Below, piece after piece: positions 26,350 through 39,475 of a stretch of 64,000 nt of DNA (its first letter is position 1; each line of letters starts with the position of its first letter). The DNA comes from Protoeuglena noctilucae (Eukaryota): positions 62,001-126,000 of the forward strand of contig OY253668.1 of the NCBI GenBank assembly GCA_958009085.1, given 5' to 3'. Below the pieces are notes generated by a model. It did not search any database. It was given only the letters and a program-made list of their open reading frames with translations, and had not been told where the DNA came from. The position numbers were made by a program, and so were the translations under genes.

Positions 26350-27807
26350 CTACCCAGCCCCCAATTCATCAGCAAAAGGTCGCTCATTGCTAGGTCGCTC
26401 ATCGCTACCCAGCTCCCATTCCATAAGCAACAGATCGCTGCTCCGTTCGTAGCAGAACAGATGAGGGACGCGCCAGACGTCCAACACACGACCCACGAAA
26501 GGGACAGCGGCACCCTTGTCTCTACCACCACCAGCCACGTCGCCACCACCACCCATGTTGCCACCCACGCCACCCTCGGACCCCCTACCCCTGTCCCCGT
26601 CTGCCCCGCATCCGTCGCTGCTACTCCCACACACTCCCACTCCACCCCCACTGCCAGTGCCACTGCCACCCCTCCTCTCCCGGCCAACCCCACCCTCGTC
26701 GTCACCGCTTGACGTGTCCCATCCACCCCCACTCATACCGCCCCAGCCTCCCCGACCGTCGCAAATGCGCACGTGGGTCAGTAGGTGCTCCAGAGCCGGG
26801 GCATGCGCGCGCATCTCTGATGTGGTAAAGACCTCCCGTCGCTCCACTGCCACCAGCACCCTCACATGGTCGCCCCTGCAGCAGCACAGGGCAGGGCAGG
26901 TGTGAGTGCTGCCGCAACAGTCATGAGTCACAGGAAGACACAGCGCCGGGGTTGCGTTACAAGCGCCGCCCCGCACCTCTCCCGCGCGCGTCTCGCCACG
27001 CCCTTCGCCACCCGCACCCATGCAGACGTCAAGTCGTCCTGGTAAGCGCAGTCCGCAGCCACCACCCAATCGAACTCCCGACACGCGATGGCATCCCCGC
27101 ACCCCGCGACCCAGTCCAGCTCAGCCACCTCCGCCGTCCCCGCGCGCCCGCCGCTCCACCGCGCCATCGCCTCCACCGCAGCCACGTTGCCCGGCCGCGC
27201 AAGGTTTTGCTGCAGGTTGCCGAGCACGCAGTCGTGCCCGTGGCACGCGGCGCCCGCGGCCCTCGCGTCTTTTCGGCAGGTGCACCGGTCCGTGGCAAGC
27301 ACGCGCGCCCCGCTCGCCGCCAGCGCCATCGTCGTCAGCCCCGTCCCCGCGCCCAGCTCCAGCACGCGCCGGCCCTCGAAGCGCCCGCGGTGGGACAGCG
27401 CGAAGTCGCCGCAGAGCAGCCCGCCGCGCCAGAGCTGCAGGCCCACGTCCCGGATCGCAGATCGCGACTGGTGACGCAGCGCGAGACGCGCCACCAGGCG
27501 AGGGGGCTCAGCCGGGGGCTCCGGGTCGCGCCTCCGCCTCCGCTTGCGCCCGCGAGGAGAGTCGGACCCGCTGGACCCTCCGGCGTCGTCGGCTGGCGAC
27601 GCGCGGCCGGACCGCAATGGCAGCGTCGCCGCGACGCGCGTCTCCATCATTTTGACCGAGCCGCCCGGCACCGGGGCGCTAGCGAGCATGTGGAACTCAC
27701 TCACGACGAGTCCTGGGGATATACAGGAAGTCGTGGCCCGGTTAAAAGGCCCAGAGGTCCCAAGATGGGATTTATTGGAACGTTGAAAACTCGCCTGGGT
27801 CATCCAT
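26350..27807 (-). CDS. METTL22-like lysine methyltransferase (Methyltransf_16 family)
   Basis: VVSEFH, DVGLQLWRGGLLCGDF, SAM motif I VLELGAGTG, VAELDW, VAADCAYQDDLT, LVAVERREVF and C-terminal VPHLFCYERS. The tentative first exon MDDP uses a GC donor at 27794. Confidence 0.8.
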
Positions 27808-28165
27808 TCCGCGCATCCTGTTTGGGGCCTCCCCAAACAGGAGAAATGACTTTGCGGGGACGCGACGATCGAACCTTGAGGTGCTCTGACCCCCCGGGTC
27901 GTCAAGAAGGCCGCAGGCGCGACTTGCCAGTGCAGCTGCTCACTGACATCGAAAGCCTGCCAGCTGCCACATTCAAGCCAAAGGACACCCGCCAACCGGC
28001 CAGTACTAACGATATACTCGATGCTTTGCGCAGGCGTTACTTCTCGATCTCAATGCCCTTCTCAAGCCCTGTCGCACAGCGACACCGACAGCGATCTGAG
28101 ACCCGTGTCGCCCGCACAGGAACCAGCCATGCTTCAAGGTCTAGCTACACCCTGCACCGTCGCCG

Positions 28166-30456
28166 TCACTCGCGCGGCGACTCCCCCTCGCGCCCGGACA
28201 TCACGCACCCACTGTGTACGATAGTCCCGCCGTCGCAGAACAGCGCGTCGTCCTTGCAGTCGGTAATCTCCACGCCTCGCAGCTCCGCCCGCCCGCCATT
28301 GACACAACACACCCCACAGCCCACCCTGCTCCCTGAGATGCGGCCCCCACGAACAATCACCCTGCTGCCAGTCCTACTGATGAACACGCCATTGAGCTGG
28401 CAGTCCGCAACCTCCACGTCCCACAGCTCCGCCTGAGCCCCATGTTGGCAAGCCAACCCATGAAGATTTTTGGACCTCACAATGCGCCCCCCCTGCACCA
28501 ACAGCTTGCTGCCCTTGTCTGAAACGGCAACACAGCAATCTCTGCAATCAGCGACCTCCACGCCCAGCACCTCCGCCTGCCCGCCATCGGTGCAACACAC
28601 CCCACAGCCCTCCCTGCTCCCTAAGATTCGGCTCCCACGCACAACCGCCTTGCTGCCATTCCCGGCGATGCACACGCCCATGATCTGGCAGTCCGCAACC
28701 TCCACGTCCCGCAGCTCCACCCGCCCGCCATCTTGGCAAATCACCCCGTAAAGCTCCTGGACTCCAAAAATGCGCCCCCCCTGCACCATCACCTTGGTGC
28801 CATCGCCACGAGCCACCACACCGTACTGCTTATGGTCGGCGATCTCCACGTCCCGCAGCTCCACCCGCCCGCCATCTTGGCAAATCACCCCGTAAAGCTC
28901 CTGGACTCCAAAAATGCGCCCCCCCTGCACCATCACCTTGGTGCCATCGCCACGAGCCACCACACCGTACTGCTTATGGTCGGCGATCTCCACGTCCCGC
29001 ACCTCCAACCGCGCGCCCGCTTCGCAGGAAACCCCGACACGCCCATGAAGCCCCGCGATACGTCCCCCTTGCACGGCCACCTTGCTGCCCTTGTCTCTGA
29101 CGACAACGCCGCAGTCATCGCAGTCCGCGATCTCTACGTCTCGCAGCTCTACCTGCCCGCCCTCTTTGCAAGTCACCCCGTGACCCTCCTGGGACCCCGC
29201 AATGCGCCCCCCCTGCACGATCACCTGGCTGCCATTGTTCGAAATAAAAACGCCGCCTTGCTTACAATCGGCGACCTCCACGTCCCGGAGCACCATGCGC
29301 CCCCCCTCCTTGCAAGCCACCCCGTGTTTTGAACCCGCGATCCGTCCCCCCTGCACGACCACCGCGCTGCCACGATCTTCCACCACCAGCCCAATCCCAG
29401 CTGTCTCCATCACGTGTGTGTCGACGAGCGTCACTTGCCCCCGACCGCAGCAGAAGACGCCTGCCCCCACCACACGCACGCCCTCCAGGCGCAGCTTCGC
29501 TCCCCCCGTAACGGCGAACGCGAACTCATTCGTGGACGACGCGCCAGCCAGTCGCACCGTCCCGTTCCGCACCGTCGCCTCCACTCTCGCACACACCACC
29601 ACTGCCACGCTCGGCAGCACACCTCCCTGGCCCCCAGGTCCACCACGTCCCCCCTCTCCACCGCCAACAACACCTCGGCCCCCGTCCACACCTTCACCTC
29701 CCCGCCACTTCCCGAGGCAGCCGCCAGCCTCACCGCCAACCTGTCCGCTGCCCGCACCCTCGCCTCAACGTCCGCCCACTCCAGCCCCGCACGCCCCAGC
29801 CCCGCCCTCCCCGCCACCGCCTCCCACGCCGCCCTCCGCCGCACCTCGCTTGGCTGCCCCAGCACGTGCACCAGCGCCACCCACCACCGCTCCTCCGCCC
29901 GCTCCCATCCCTGCCCGCCCGCCCCCGCCTCCGCCTCCGCCCCACGCGCGCTGCCCCCGCTGTCCCCCACGCCCACGCCCGCCAGCCCCCGCGCGACCCT
30001 CTCCACGCCCGCGCACTGCTCCCTGCGCACAGCCACACCACCACACCATCGTATCGACACCTCCACCCACGCCCCGCGACCCGCCGCAGCACTGTCCATG
30101 CCCGCAAGCCCCCACAGTGTCCAACCGGCCCACATGACGGCCCCCGACAGCGCCGCCGCTGGCCCTCGCCTGCTCTCGCTCGGCGCCCTCAGCATCTCCG
30201 CCGCGCTCGTCCGCTCTCCCGGTCGCTGCCTGGCCCGGCCCAGCGACTCGCCCACTTCCAGCTCGCTCTCCGCGATCACCCGATCCCCCCCTACGCCGCC
30301 TCCGCCTCCTCCGTCCCCGTCCCGTGCGCTTGCATGCGTGCCCTCCCCACCCATGCTCTGCGGGCGGTCCGCCAAGGCATCGCTCGTTTCCCACACATGC
30401 CGATGGTATGAATACATCCCGCCGCATCTCAACACACCCCTCTCCTGCGCTTGCAA
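28166..30456 (-). CDS. Right-handed beta-helix repeat protein, paralog 2, with N-terminal helical region; 1-nt frameshift near 29620; start uncertain
   Basis: About 8 copies of the same 48-aa repeat as 1700-3015. The upstream frame (VLLAVERGDVVDLGAREV) aligns with LIRALARGGTIALDGGEV of paralog 1. Confidence 0.75.
28700..29001. repeat. Perfect 144-bp tandem duplication (about 2.1 copies) within the beta-helix CDS
   Basis: Identical units begin at 28700, 28844 and 28988. Confidence 0.9.
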
Positions 30457-31081
30457 GGGCCCCGAGGCTCTCCTGCACCACCCTTTCTAAGTTGGCGAAA
30501 CCAGCCCGCACAGACGCCGCCCGCCCCCGCAAACGACCCCCACACCTGTCGATACCCTCTATGACCTACACGCCGCGCAATCAGCCCCGCACCGCTCACC
30601 TCCCTCTCCGGGAAGCCCCTCCCCGTCCGTCAGCCACGCTGCCTCGGATCCCTGCGAACGCCCGCGTCGTCGGAACGCCCGGTCGGCTTGATGCTGTCTC
30701 GCGGAGCCACCCACGACAAACGCCGGTGTCTTGTGACGCTGCGAGTCGCTCGCGACCCGGAAAGGCGGACCCGGGAGCGCCAGTCGGCCTTGCCCGTGCC
30801 GTCAGGGTGGGCGGCTGAAGGGCGGGGCTACCGTCGCCACCCTGGCAGATCAGATGCTACGGGCAGCGACCAGGGACGCTCGCCGACGCGCAGGCCGGGC
30901 GATCCACGTCAGGTCAGGCGGGCCACAGCACGTCTGCTGGCGCATTAGCAGCCAAGGCAGCGCCGGCCGCGACAGACCCACCCTCGCCCGCGCCGATCGC
31001 ATGCCGCACGCGCACGCAGCCAGTGTCAATGTGCGCATGTTCAAGAAATCGCTGCACACTTTATGGCAAACGCGGACTCGA

Positions 31082-34000
31082 CTATCGCTTCTTCTTCGTC
31101 CCGCCCTTGACCTTGCCGCCGTACTTGCGTGCGTGCTTGCGGCGCTGAATTTGCTTCAGCCGCGCCGCCACCGGCAGGACCTTTTTCTTCTCCTTCTCGC
31201 GATTGGACGACCCGCCTGCGATGCAAGAGCACATCGGGGTCGAGTCTGCCTCCTCCTACATTGTCCCCCTCTCCCTCATCCACCTGTCTCATGCCTCCCC
31301 CCACTATCACCATCATCCACCTCTCTCATGCCCCCCTCCCACCACACCACCGCCACCGCGGTCCCTCACCCGTCTTCTTCTTGTGCCTCCCTGACGCCGC
31401 CCCGAACTCCCCCCTGCCCTCGCGCCCCTTCTCCACGCTCGCCAGCCGCTCCTCCTTGGTCATCCGCCGCTTCACCCGCGCCTCCAGGTCCTCCGCGCGC
31501 ACCCGCCTCTCGGCCAGCCGCTCGGGCGCCATGCGCAACAGCCGCTCGAGCTCGTCGTCGTTCTCTGCCGCCACCTCCGACGCTGAGGGAGAGGGAAGAG
31601 AGGAGAGGTAAGTGAGGATTGCGGAGGGAAGCGGTGGGCGAGTGTGGGCGAGCGGGTGAGGGAGAGCAAGCAGTGGGTGAGGAAGAGTGTTCAGCTCTTC
31701 AACGCCACTCCCTCGCCCCCGTCGTGCCCCCATGGGAAGCTCAGCTGAGCTCACCTGCCCTCTTCTTGGCGGACGTCATGCCGTGCTTGGCCATCGCCTC
31801 CTGCACCACCCGGCGGTTCTGGAGCTTGCGGATCGCGGCGAAGTCCGCGTCCGTCAGAATGCGGCCCCACTCAATCGGCACACCCTCCGCCAGACCGGCG
31901 CCACCGTCTCCAACGCTGCCGCCCCCGCCGTCGCCAGCCCCACTGCCACCGCCGCCCCCGTCGCCCGCACCTGCGGACCCCTTCCCCGCGTCCCCCGCCC
32001 CTTCCTTCTTCTTTTTCGCCTCCGCCAGTCGCCGCTTCAGATCCGCAATCGAGTCTGCCTTGGGCGGCACTCGTGCCCCCGCTGACCCATGCGTCTCCGA
32101 CCGCACCCCTGCGCCTTCCTCGTCGTCACTACGGTCACCGTCACCGTCGCTGCTCCCCTCCCCGTCGCTGCCGCCACTCCCATCCTCACCCTCACCCTCG
32201 CTCTCATCACTCTCATCGCTCCCCGACCCCACGTCCGCTTCGCCCTCACTGGCCCCCTCGGTCCCCTGCCCATCGCTTTCCCCCGACTCCGAACCCTCTT
32301 CAGACCCCAACTCCAACTCCGACTCCTCTCCCCCCGACACATCCACTCCGTCGCTGCCCTCCCCCTCATCGCCGCTCTCACCACCCTCGCTCTCGCCCTC
32401 GCCGCCGCCGCCGCGTTCACTCGGCACCCCACCCTCGCCCCCTGCACCCTCGGCCCCCTCGTCGCTACCCCCCTCATCATCGCCATCATCATCCTCGTCA
32501 TCATCGTCGCTGTCGATATCTTCTGGTCGCAATCCCTTCCGCAGCGCAGCCTCTAGCAAGTCCGCCCCCGGCACGCGCTCCGCCGCCCGCCCCACCCCAG
32601 ACCCGAACTCCCCCAGCCGCCGCTCCTTGTCGTGGCCCCGGCCGCGGTCTTTCTTCTCCAGCATCCCAGGGTCCAGCTCACGGAAGAGGCCGATCAGACC
32701 ACGAGCAGCCGCGCCGACCTGGGTGGGTGGAATGTGAGGGGTGGCGATGACGCGGGGAGGGGCAGGGAGGGGTGGCGATGGGGGGAGGGTGGGGTGCATG
32801 TGGTGCAGGGAGTGGCAGGAAGGAGAGGGGCGAGGGTGAGTGGGGAAGTAACGGGGTTCCTCTCCGCCCAACTCACCTGCTTGTTTTACTCTTGCACCTG
32901 ACTCTCCCCTTAGCTCACCTGCTTATCTCGGTACTTCTTGTACTGCACGAGGTCCCTCAGCAGGTCCTCCTCCATCACCAAGGGCTGCCGCAAGCAGAGT
33001 TCACGCACTGCGACGGGATGGGCGAGAGTGGTCGTTACAGGTGGAGTAACAATGCCACTGCTGTTCCATAACTTGCTGTTAATTGCTGTCATTGGATAGT
33101 ATCAAACTACGGATGGCATGGTGCAACCATGAGTCCGCCTTACCCACCCACTCTCCCGTCTCGATGTCAATCACAACAGCCCAGTCCCATACCGCATCAC
33201 CCCCACCACCCCCACCCACTCGCCCGTCTTGACCAGACCACAACAGCCCCGTCCTACGCCCCACCAACCCCCACCCAATCACCTGTCTTAAGCCCGACCG
33301 TCATGACCTCGGGCCGCGCCTTGTCGTGCACGAAGTTGTCGACCAGCTGCCGGAGAACGGGCGCCAGGATGTCCGGCGGCACGAGGCTGTGCACGGCCTG
33401 CACCAGCGCCGCCAGCACCTGCGTCGCCTCCCGCTGGTGCGGCATCAGGTACTGCGAGGAGTGGTAATTGAACCAAGTTGTGGCAATTGAGTCTGATGAG
33501 ACAAATGAGAGTGATGAGAGAGACGGTCACAGAATCTCATGAGACACTCAGGCACTGCAATCGAGGACAGTCGAGCCTCATAGGGCGATATCTCTGCTGA
33601 GGCAATAGGCAGACAGGCAAACATCCCTGGTGACGCGGGGCAGGGCTCCTCGCCTTTTGCATGAAGGGATAGAAGCTGAGCACGAGGAGCTGGTGGGCCC
33701 CGATGCACCGCGACACGACCTGCATGAGGGCCAGCCGCGTCTCGAATCGCTCGGTGGCCTTGCGGAGTCTGGCGAAGAGCTTCTCAGCGAACGCCTGGGG
33801 GTCGTGGAGGAGGTCCAGGGCAGCGAACGAGTGCTGCGTGGAGCCCTGGGAAGACGGCGGGGCGCAACAGGGTCAGGGCGGTGCCGGAGTGTTTTGCGGA
33901 GTGCTGACGGCTGAGCTGGGGTGGGCAGTGGGTGGGAAGTGGGGCTGGGTTATCGATTGCAGCGGTGGGTGCGCGTGAGAGGCGTGGCAGGGCACGAGGC

Positions 34001-35760
34001 TGGACTGCGAGTGCGGCCACGGCTATGCTCGCACCGACGCCCTGCTTAGTCCACTGCGCTCGGCCCCTCGACCCAGCGCTGGTGTTACTATCCCTATCTC
34101 TCTCTCTCTTCTCTTACTATCGCCCCCACCATCCTCGCCTGCGACTTGCGGTGTGCCTTCTTGGCCGCCTCCATCACACGCTTGAGCTTCTTCTGTTTCT
34201 TGCGTTTACTGGCGGCCGTGCCCAGGTTGTGGGCCTTGTAGATGTCCTGCTTGGTGGGGCCTGCAGAGAGAGGGAGAGAACCGCGAATGATCGAACCGCA
34301 GCCGCGCTGCGACCCGGGATGCGAGCCGTTTCGTTAGTACCATGGTTGCACCTACGCCCAGCTGTTGTCCGTCCATCTCTGCGTGACCCCTCACCCGACA
34401 AGGCAGGGTTGGAGTCCTTCTCGTCGTCGCCGGACTCCTCCCCGCTGTCCTCGGCGCCCGTGTCCTGGCCCAGGAAGAAGCGGAGGGCCGCCAGCATCAC
34501 GCTCGAACTCTTGTGGAAACACGCTGCGAGCGAGCAAGGCATGAGACGTGTCTCGCACGGGTCTATCGGGAGGATGAACTAACATCGACGAAAGCACGCC
34601 GTCTGAGCAGGGCGCGGCCGCCGATCAAGGCGCGGCGAGGAATGCCGGCGTTGGCAGTGCGCGAGGGGCCTGATAGCAGCCGACACCATCGCTGCCGGCC
34701 GCCGCAGCGCTCGCCTGACGCGATGACGTTGACGGTGCGCGCGTCCCTCCACACGCCCCGTCGATAGAGCTCCATGAGCACCGCCAGGGACTTCTTTGCG
34801 GCTGTCTCGTTGTCGTCCGCCAGCATCGAATACATGAAGTTCTGGAGGGCCCGGTTGAGGCGCTCGTTGCGGTGCTTGCGGTTCTGCGCCTTGATATCCG
34901 ACACGATGTGCCGGTAGAGGTGCTCCCTGGGCGCAGAGAGGAGGAGCGGCGACGTGCGATGAATCGGCACGAGCAGCAGCTGCGCCCGGACTCGGGCAGC
35001 CCCGCGCGGTCCCCGGCGGCCCGGCGTCGCACCGGAGAGCCTTGTCTTGAACGCGGAAGAGCCGGAAGAGGAGCGGGAGGGCGTCCGCGGGGGCGACGAG
35101 GCCCTTGTTCTTCAGCAAGATGAGCGCCTGCACCATGGCCTTGCGGAGCTGGCCGTCCAACTGCGCATGCAGCTCGTCCAAAAGCGACATGAGCTCCTGC
35201 GGTGACCGGAAAGAGCCGTGTCGGGCGGGTGGGGTCGGCGGCGAGCCGAAACCATGTCACGGTGCGCGGGCAGCCCCGCGGCGGCTGGCGAGCGCGGGGG
35301 CCGGGGTGAGACGCAGCCGAGCGCACGGAACTGCCCATGACGGTCACCTTGGGAAACCCGGCCATTTTCGAGGGGTAGCAGTGGGCGACCTGGGCCAGGA
35401 ATTGCACGAGGTTGGCGAGCTCCCGCGACGCGGACTGCGGACTGAGCCGCAAGAGCTCCAGCTGTGACTTGTAATGCCTGTACTGCAGCTCGAACTCATC
35501 CTGGTAGCCCTCCGCGTCGCCCTTGATGGCGCTCTGCGGGACAAGGGCGCCGGCGGTGGCTGGTCGCTGCGCCGTCTCGGGACGCGCGGAGCGAGATGCG
35601 AGACGACTCGGAAAGACGCGGATGACTTTCCACAGCCCGCAGGCCGCGGTGGCGCGCAAGGGAGGAGCCGAGCGGCCGCTGCGAGGGGCGTTCACGGCGC
35701 GTCTTCCGCAACCGGCGCCGCGCCCACCTGCAGCGCCAAAAGGTCCTCCACCGCCGTCAT
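31082..35760 (-). CDS. SDA1: Protein SDA1 homolog (60S ribosome biogenesis/export), multi-exon
   Basis: [138 protein letters not shown], an acidic tract, RILTDADF and a basic C-terminus. Confidence 0.95.
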
Positions 35761-36491
35761 GATGCAAGCGTGACTAAAGGCACCCCGTCACAGGCTAAGC
35801 TGCGCCCTTGCAGCCCAGGGGCGCGCGGGCGCGGGCACTCTACGATGCTGTGCTGCAGACGCCTGGCCGCGCGCGTAGGGTTGATCCAGAGGACTGGCTC
35901 GCAGCTACGTGGGGCGAGTTCTGCGAATCCAACACACGAGTCAGCCCGCACGACCCACAGAGCGCCCCTGAAAACGCGACAGACTCGGGGCCAGAAACGC
36001 ATCTCTCAGCTTTTGCTCCTACGCCCAGGACAATCCGTTAGCATTCCTGGGATCCCCTTACGACTGCTGAAGTGACGTACCTGTCAGTGCCTCGCCTATC
36101 CTCTTCGCGAGTGGCAAGCCAGATACGCCCCCAACTCCACGGCGTTCTCACGATGCCGGTGCTCGGCTGGCCGGCGGTGCGAGGCGCGGACGCGACCATG
36201 CACGCCGTGGCGAGTCCGTCCGCGACCCCAGGCCGACGCGTGTACGGTGCGTGGCGGTGGCATGCTGACGAGGACTCTGGAGCGCGTCGTCGTTTGCTCC
36301 GCGCGACCGCCTGTCTGCCTCATTCTTATTCTTGTATCAAGACGAAAGGCCTTGGAGCGTCGAAGGCGCGGGCCGTCGTTCGACGGAGCCACCGTGCCTC
36401 GTCCGAGCGCCATCGTGAATGCCGTGCCGCTGTGTGGCTCGCAGTCGTCGCCCGGGGCGCGCGGTACAGGCTCCACGTCTTCTCTACCAGC

Positions 36492-37057
36492 ATGCCGGGC
36501 GAGGACGCGCCGGGGACGGGCAGGCGTCAATTCCCGGCACCGGTGGAGAAGGAAGGAGGCCCGGGCAGCGATGGCGGCGACGCCGGGAACTCAAAGCAGC
36601 CGCGGACGTTCGACATGATGACCACGGAGCAGTGCTACCGAGAATTCCCGACGCACATCCGGTGCGGCACAGCACCGGCACTCACGGCCGCACAACGGTG
36701 CCCTGGATGTCTAATGTCACCAGCTTCTTTGCCTCCCTCGCTTGCAGGGCAGACAACTTGGACGAGGCGATGCCCATTCTGGAGCAAGTGGCCAAGAAAG
36801 ACCCCGTCCCCGGAGGGGTGGCCCTGATGGAGGTGAGCAAGGGGGCTGCCCTGCTTGCATTGCCGTGCGTTGGGTTGCGTCAGAGTTCAGCGAATGGTGG
36901 CCTGTCGTGACCGCAGCAAGCGACCGACCTGGGGCCGACCTTCGGCAAGCGGCACCCGCCGAGCCCTTACGAGACGCCGGTGGGTAAGAACCTTTCCCTG
37001 GAGGAGCAGGAGGACGCCCGGCACGCCCTGCACGACCAGAGCCGGCGCCGGCACTGA
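36492..37057 (+). CDS. Small hypothetical protein (three exons)
   Basis: In-phase GT-AG splicing gives MPGEDAP...EQCYREFPTHIR|ADNLDEAMPILEQVAKKDPVPGGVALME|QATDLGPTFGKRHPPSPYETP...RRRH*. No family recognised. Confidence 0.45.
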
Positions 37058-37287
37058 GGTGTCCGTCAGCTGCCGCCCATGCGATGTCCGTCTGCGCTAG
37101 GCCAGTCGGCCAGCCCTGCCACATCCACTCATCTGCCACTCATCCATGTGAAAAAGAGCGCTTTTGAAGAATGCGCGGCCAAGCCAGCTTTTACGAGGAG
37201 ATAGACAGGGGGCGCTGGAACGACTAGCGATAGCTGCGCCGGGCCGACAGGCCCTGGGAGGGACCCCCGCGTCACCAGCGAGAGCGT

Positions 37288-39222
37288 CACAGCCGAGCAG
37301 CCATTTCCTCCTGGAACGCCAGGCAGTCGTTGAACCCACGCCCCCTCTGGCGACGACGAACCCGATGACCATCGGGTCGGCCCATCTCAACCCCGGGCTC
37401 GGGAGGACGCGGTTGCGCTCCGCTCAGCCTTGGAGCACAGCCTCTTCCTTCCCAGGCCGGGCTTCAGATGAGCTGACCCGATGATCCGCTCGAGCGCCCG
37501 TGCGTCGAGAAACTGCTCGGGGACACGGAGCAACGGAACTCAGGCCCCGCCTGGCGCACATGTACCAGCTCAATAGTGGCAGGACGTGGCCGATCGATCT
37601 CATACATGTAGTGCAGAAGGGGCCTCAGGTCCATCTGCTCCATGTCCGCGAGCAGTTTTTCGACGCTCTCGTACTGCAGTAGCGATCCCTGCCCCATCAC
37701 GCACCTCTGGTCGTAGCGGTACGCCATCTTGAAGGCCCCGGGGGCAAAGCGCAAGAGGCGCTTGTCGGAGAAGAGGGGGTCCTCCTTGAGGAGCTCATCC
37801 TCGATCTGGAGAATATCTACGAACACTCTCTCGCCACCCTCTGCGGCGGAGCTTCCCGTCCCGACTTTCTCACTCCCTGTCATCGTTTTGCTGCGGGAGG
37901 GTCACGTCATGAGGCGGTCACGTCGCCCTCCCAGGTCGAACGACATCAGCGCGCGTCGCGTCTCGTCGTTGGCATAAACGCTCGCATGCATTGGCACGCG
38001 CACGACCGCTCACCGAACCCTAGCCGGCGCCGCGCGGGCGCACCACCACCCTTGGGTGCAGCAACGACTTTTGCGGTCGCCAGGACTGCGAGCGACGCGA
38101 GAACAGGTGCAGTGACCGGCGAGCGTAAACCTGGCAAGCCGTAGAAGACGGAGAGCACGCGAATGGGTGCCTCGCTGCCCGCATCGCGAACAACTGCGCC
38201 ATGAGAAAAGGGGCCCTCCCCAGACCCTCGGCGGCATGCAAGAGGCCTCCCCAGTCATGCCACACGGTGCTTTCCAGGTCAAACATGCTGTGCGCGTCGT
38301 CCGCGGCGACCCGCGCGAAGGCCTCGCATCAGCTTACCCCTAACGTGGTATGACCGCTCGTTGCCTTCAAGTCGTGGCAAAGTAGCCCAACCAGCTTGTA
38401 CGGGTGCGCAGTAGTCACGACAAACATGACATCGAAGACGGCGTCGCCTCCTCCATTGTCCCGGCTCGACGGGAGCGTGACTGGCACGTGACAACACGCA
38501 CGCGAGTGCAAGGGGCCTTCAAAGGTTGGGCATTCGCCGCTGCCCTCCCTTCAACATGGCCGGCGTGAGGCGTGCGCGGATTCGGTCCGTATTTGTGTTG
38601 ACGCCGTCCCTCGCGACGTCCTGGTGGCTGAGCGACTCTATGCGCTGGGCGGCTGTGGCGGACGCCAGCCAGCGCAGGCGGTCGGCGCAGCTCTCGAGGC
38701 CTGCGGGGGAGCGACAGAAATCCGTTACCGACCGGGCGATGGCATGGGCCCCCTGGGTCGCAGTGTCTCAGCTCTGCGCGTTGAGCCGGTCATCGCACCG
38801 TGAACTTGCGCGTCGACCGTGGCTAGGCACTCGTTGATATTCCTGTTGATTTCTAGAACCAGGGGGCGCTTCTCCACCAGAGCCTGCGGGCACACGCCGC
38901 TGCAGGGTCGCGAATTGAGGCAGCCAGCCCTGTGCTTTGCTGCTCTGAGAGAAAGCACCTTGACGGCCGCCTGGGTCATCTCCTCGCTCGTCTCGCCGTC
39001 ATTCTCTCCGCCAGTGACGAGGTCCTCCAGGAGCACCGACGTGGCCTGAGAAAAACGGACGTTGGTGCATCCCTGCTCGCCGCGATGGCGCATCGCCCCC
39101 GGGCCTGCGCTGCACCATTGGCTTCTCCCGCTCACGTCAAGCAGATACGCGATCCGCCGAGTCGACTGCTCCGCCAGGGCGGCGAGCTCGCCCGCGACGC
39201 CAACGTTTGAAGTTTTGGCCAT
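37288..39222 (-). CDS. Hypothetical multi-exon orphan gene (possibly more than one), with a Cys/His-rich segment
   Basis: Exon-like blocks MAKTSNV...RRIAYLLD, ALVEKRPLVLEINRNINECL, LRCHVCRDYC...YHVRAC...CSRC and VFVDILQIEDELLKEDPLFSDKRLL... are bounded by GT/AG sites. How they join is uncertain. Confidence 0.35.
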
Positions 39223-39475
39223 CGCCGGCGAAGGGCCGGTGGCCCCCACGGAAAGCGGCCTGCACTCTGTCCCGCTCACAGCCAAGCTGAGCGTCTCAGA
39301 GGCCTCGTTTGGTCCCCAGCTTGACACACTAGCACGGTCATCACGTCTGACAACACAGCAGAGCTCACTGAATTGCGCGCCGCGCCTCTGCTCGGTCGCT
39401 CAAAGCTTGGTTTGATCTACCCCGAGGCCTGGGTTCCCGCGGCATCTCCGTTTCGTTTGCTGGAGAGCCGGAGAG

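Noticed and set aside
28700..29001. CRISPR-like repeat array
   Set aside because: Contiguous in-frame coding repeats with no spacers, in a eukaryotic gene.
38820..38890. ELF4-like motif (LVLEINRN)
   Set aside because: The similarity is too short and the flanking conserved residues are missing.
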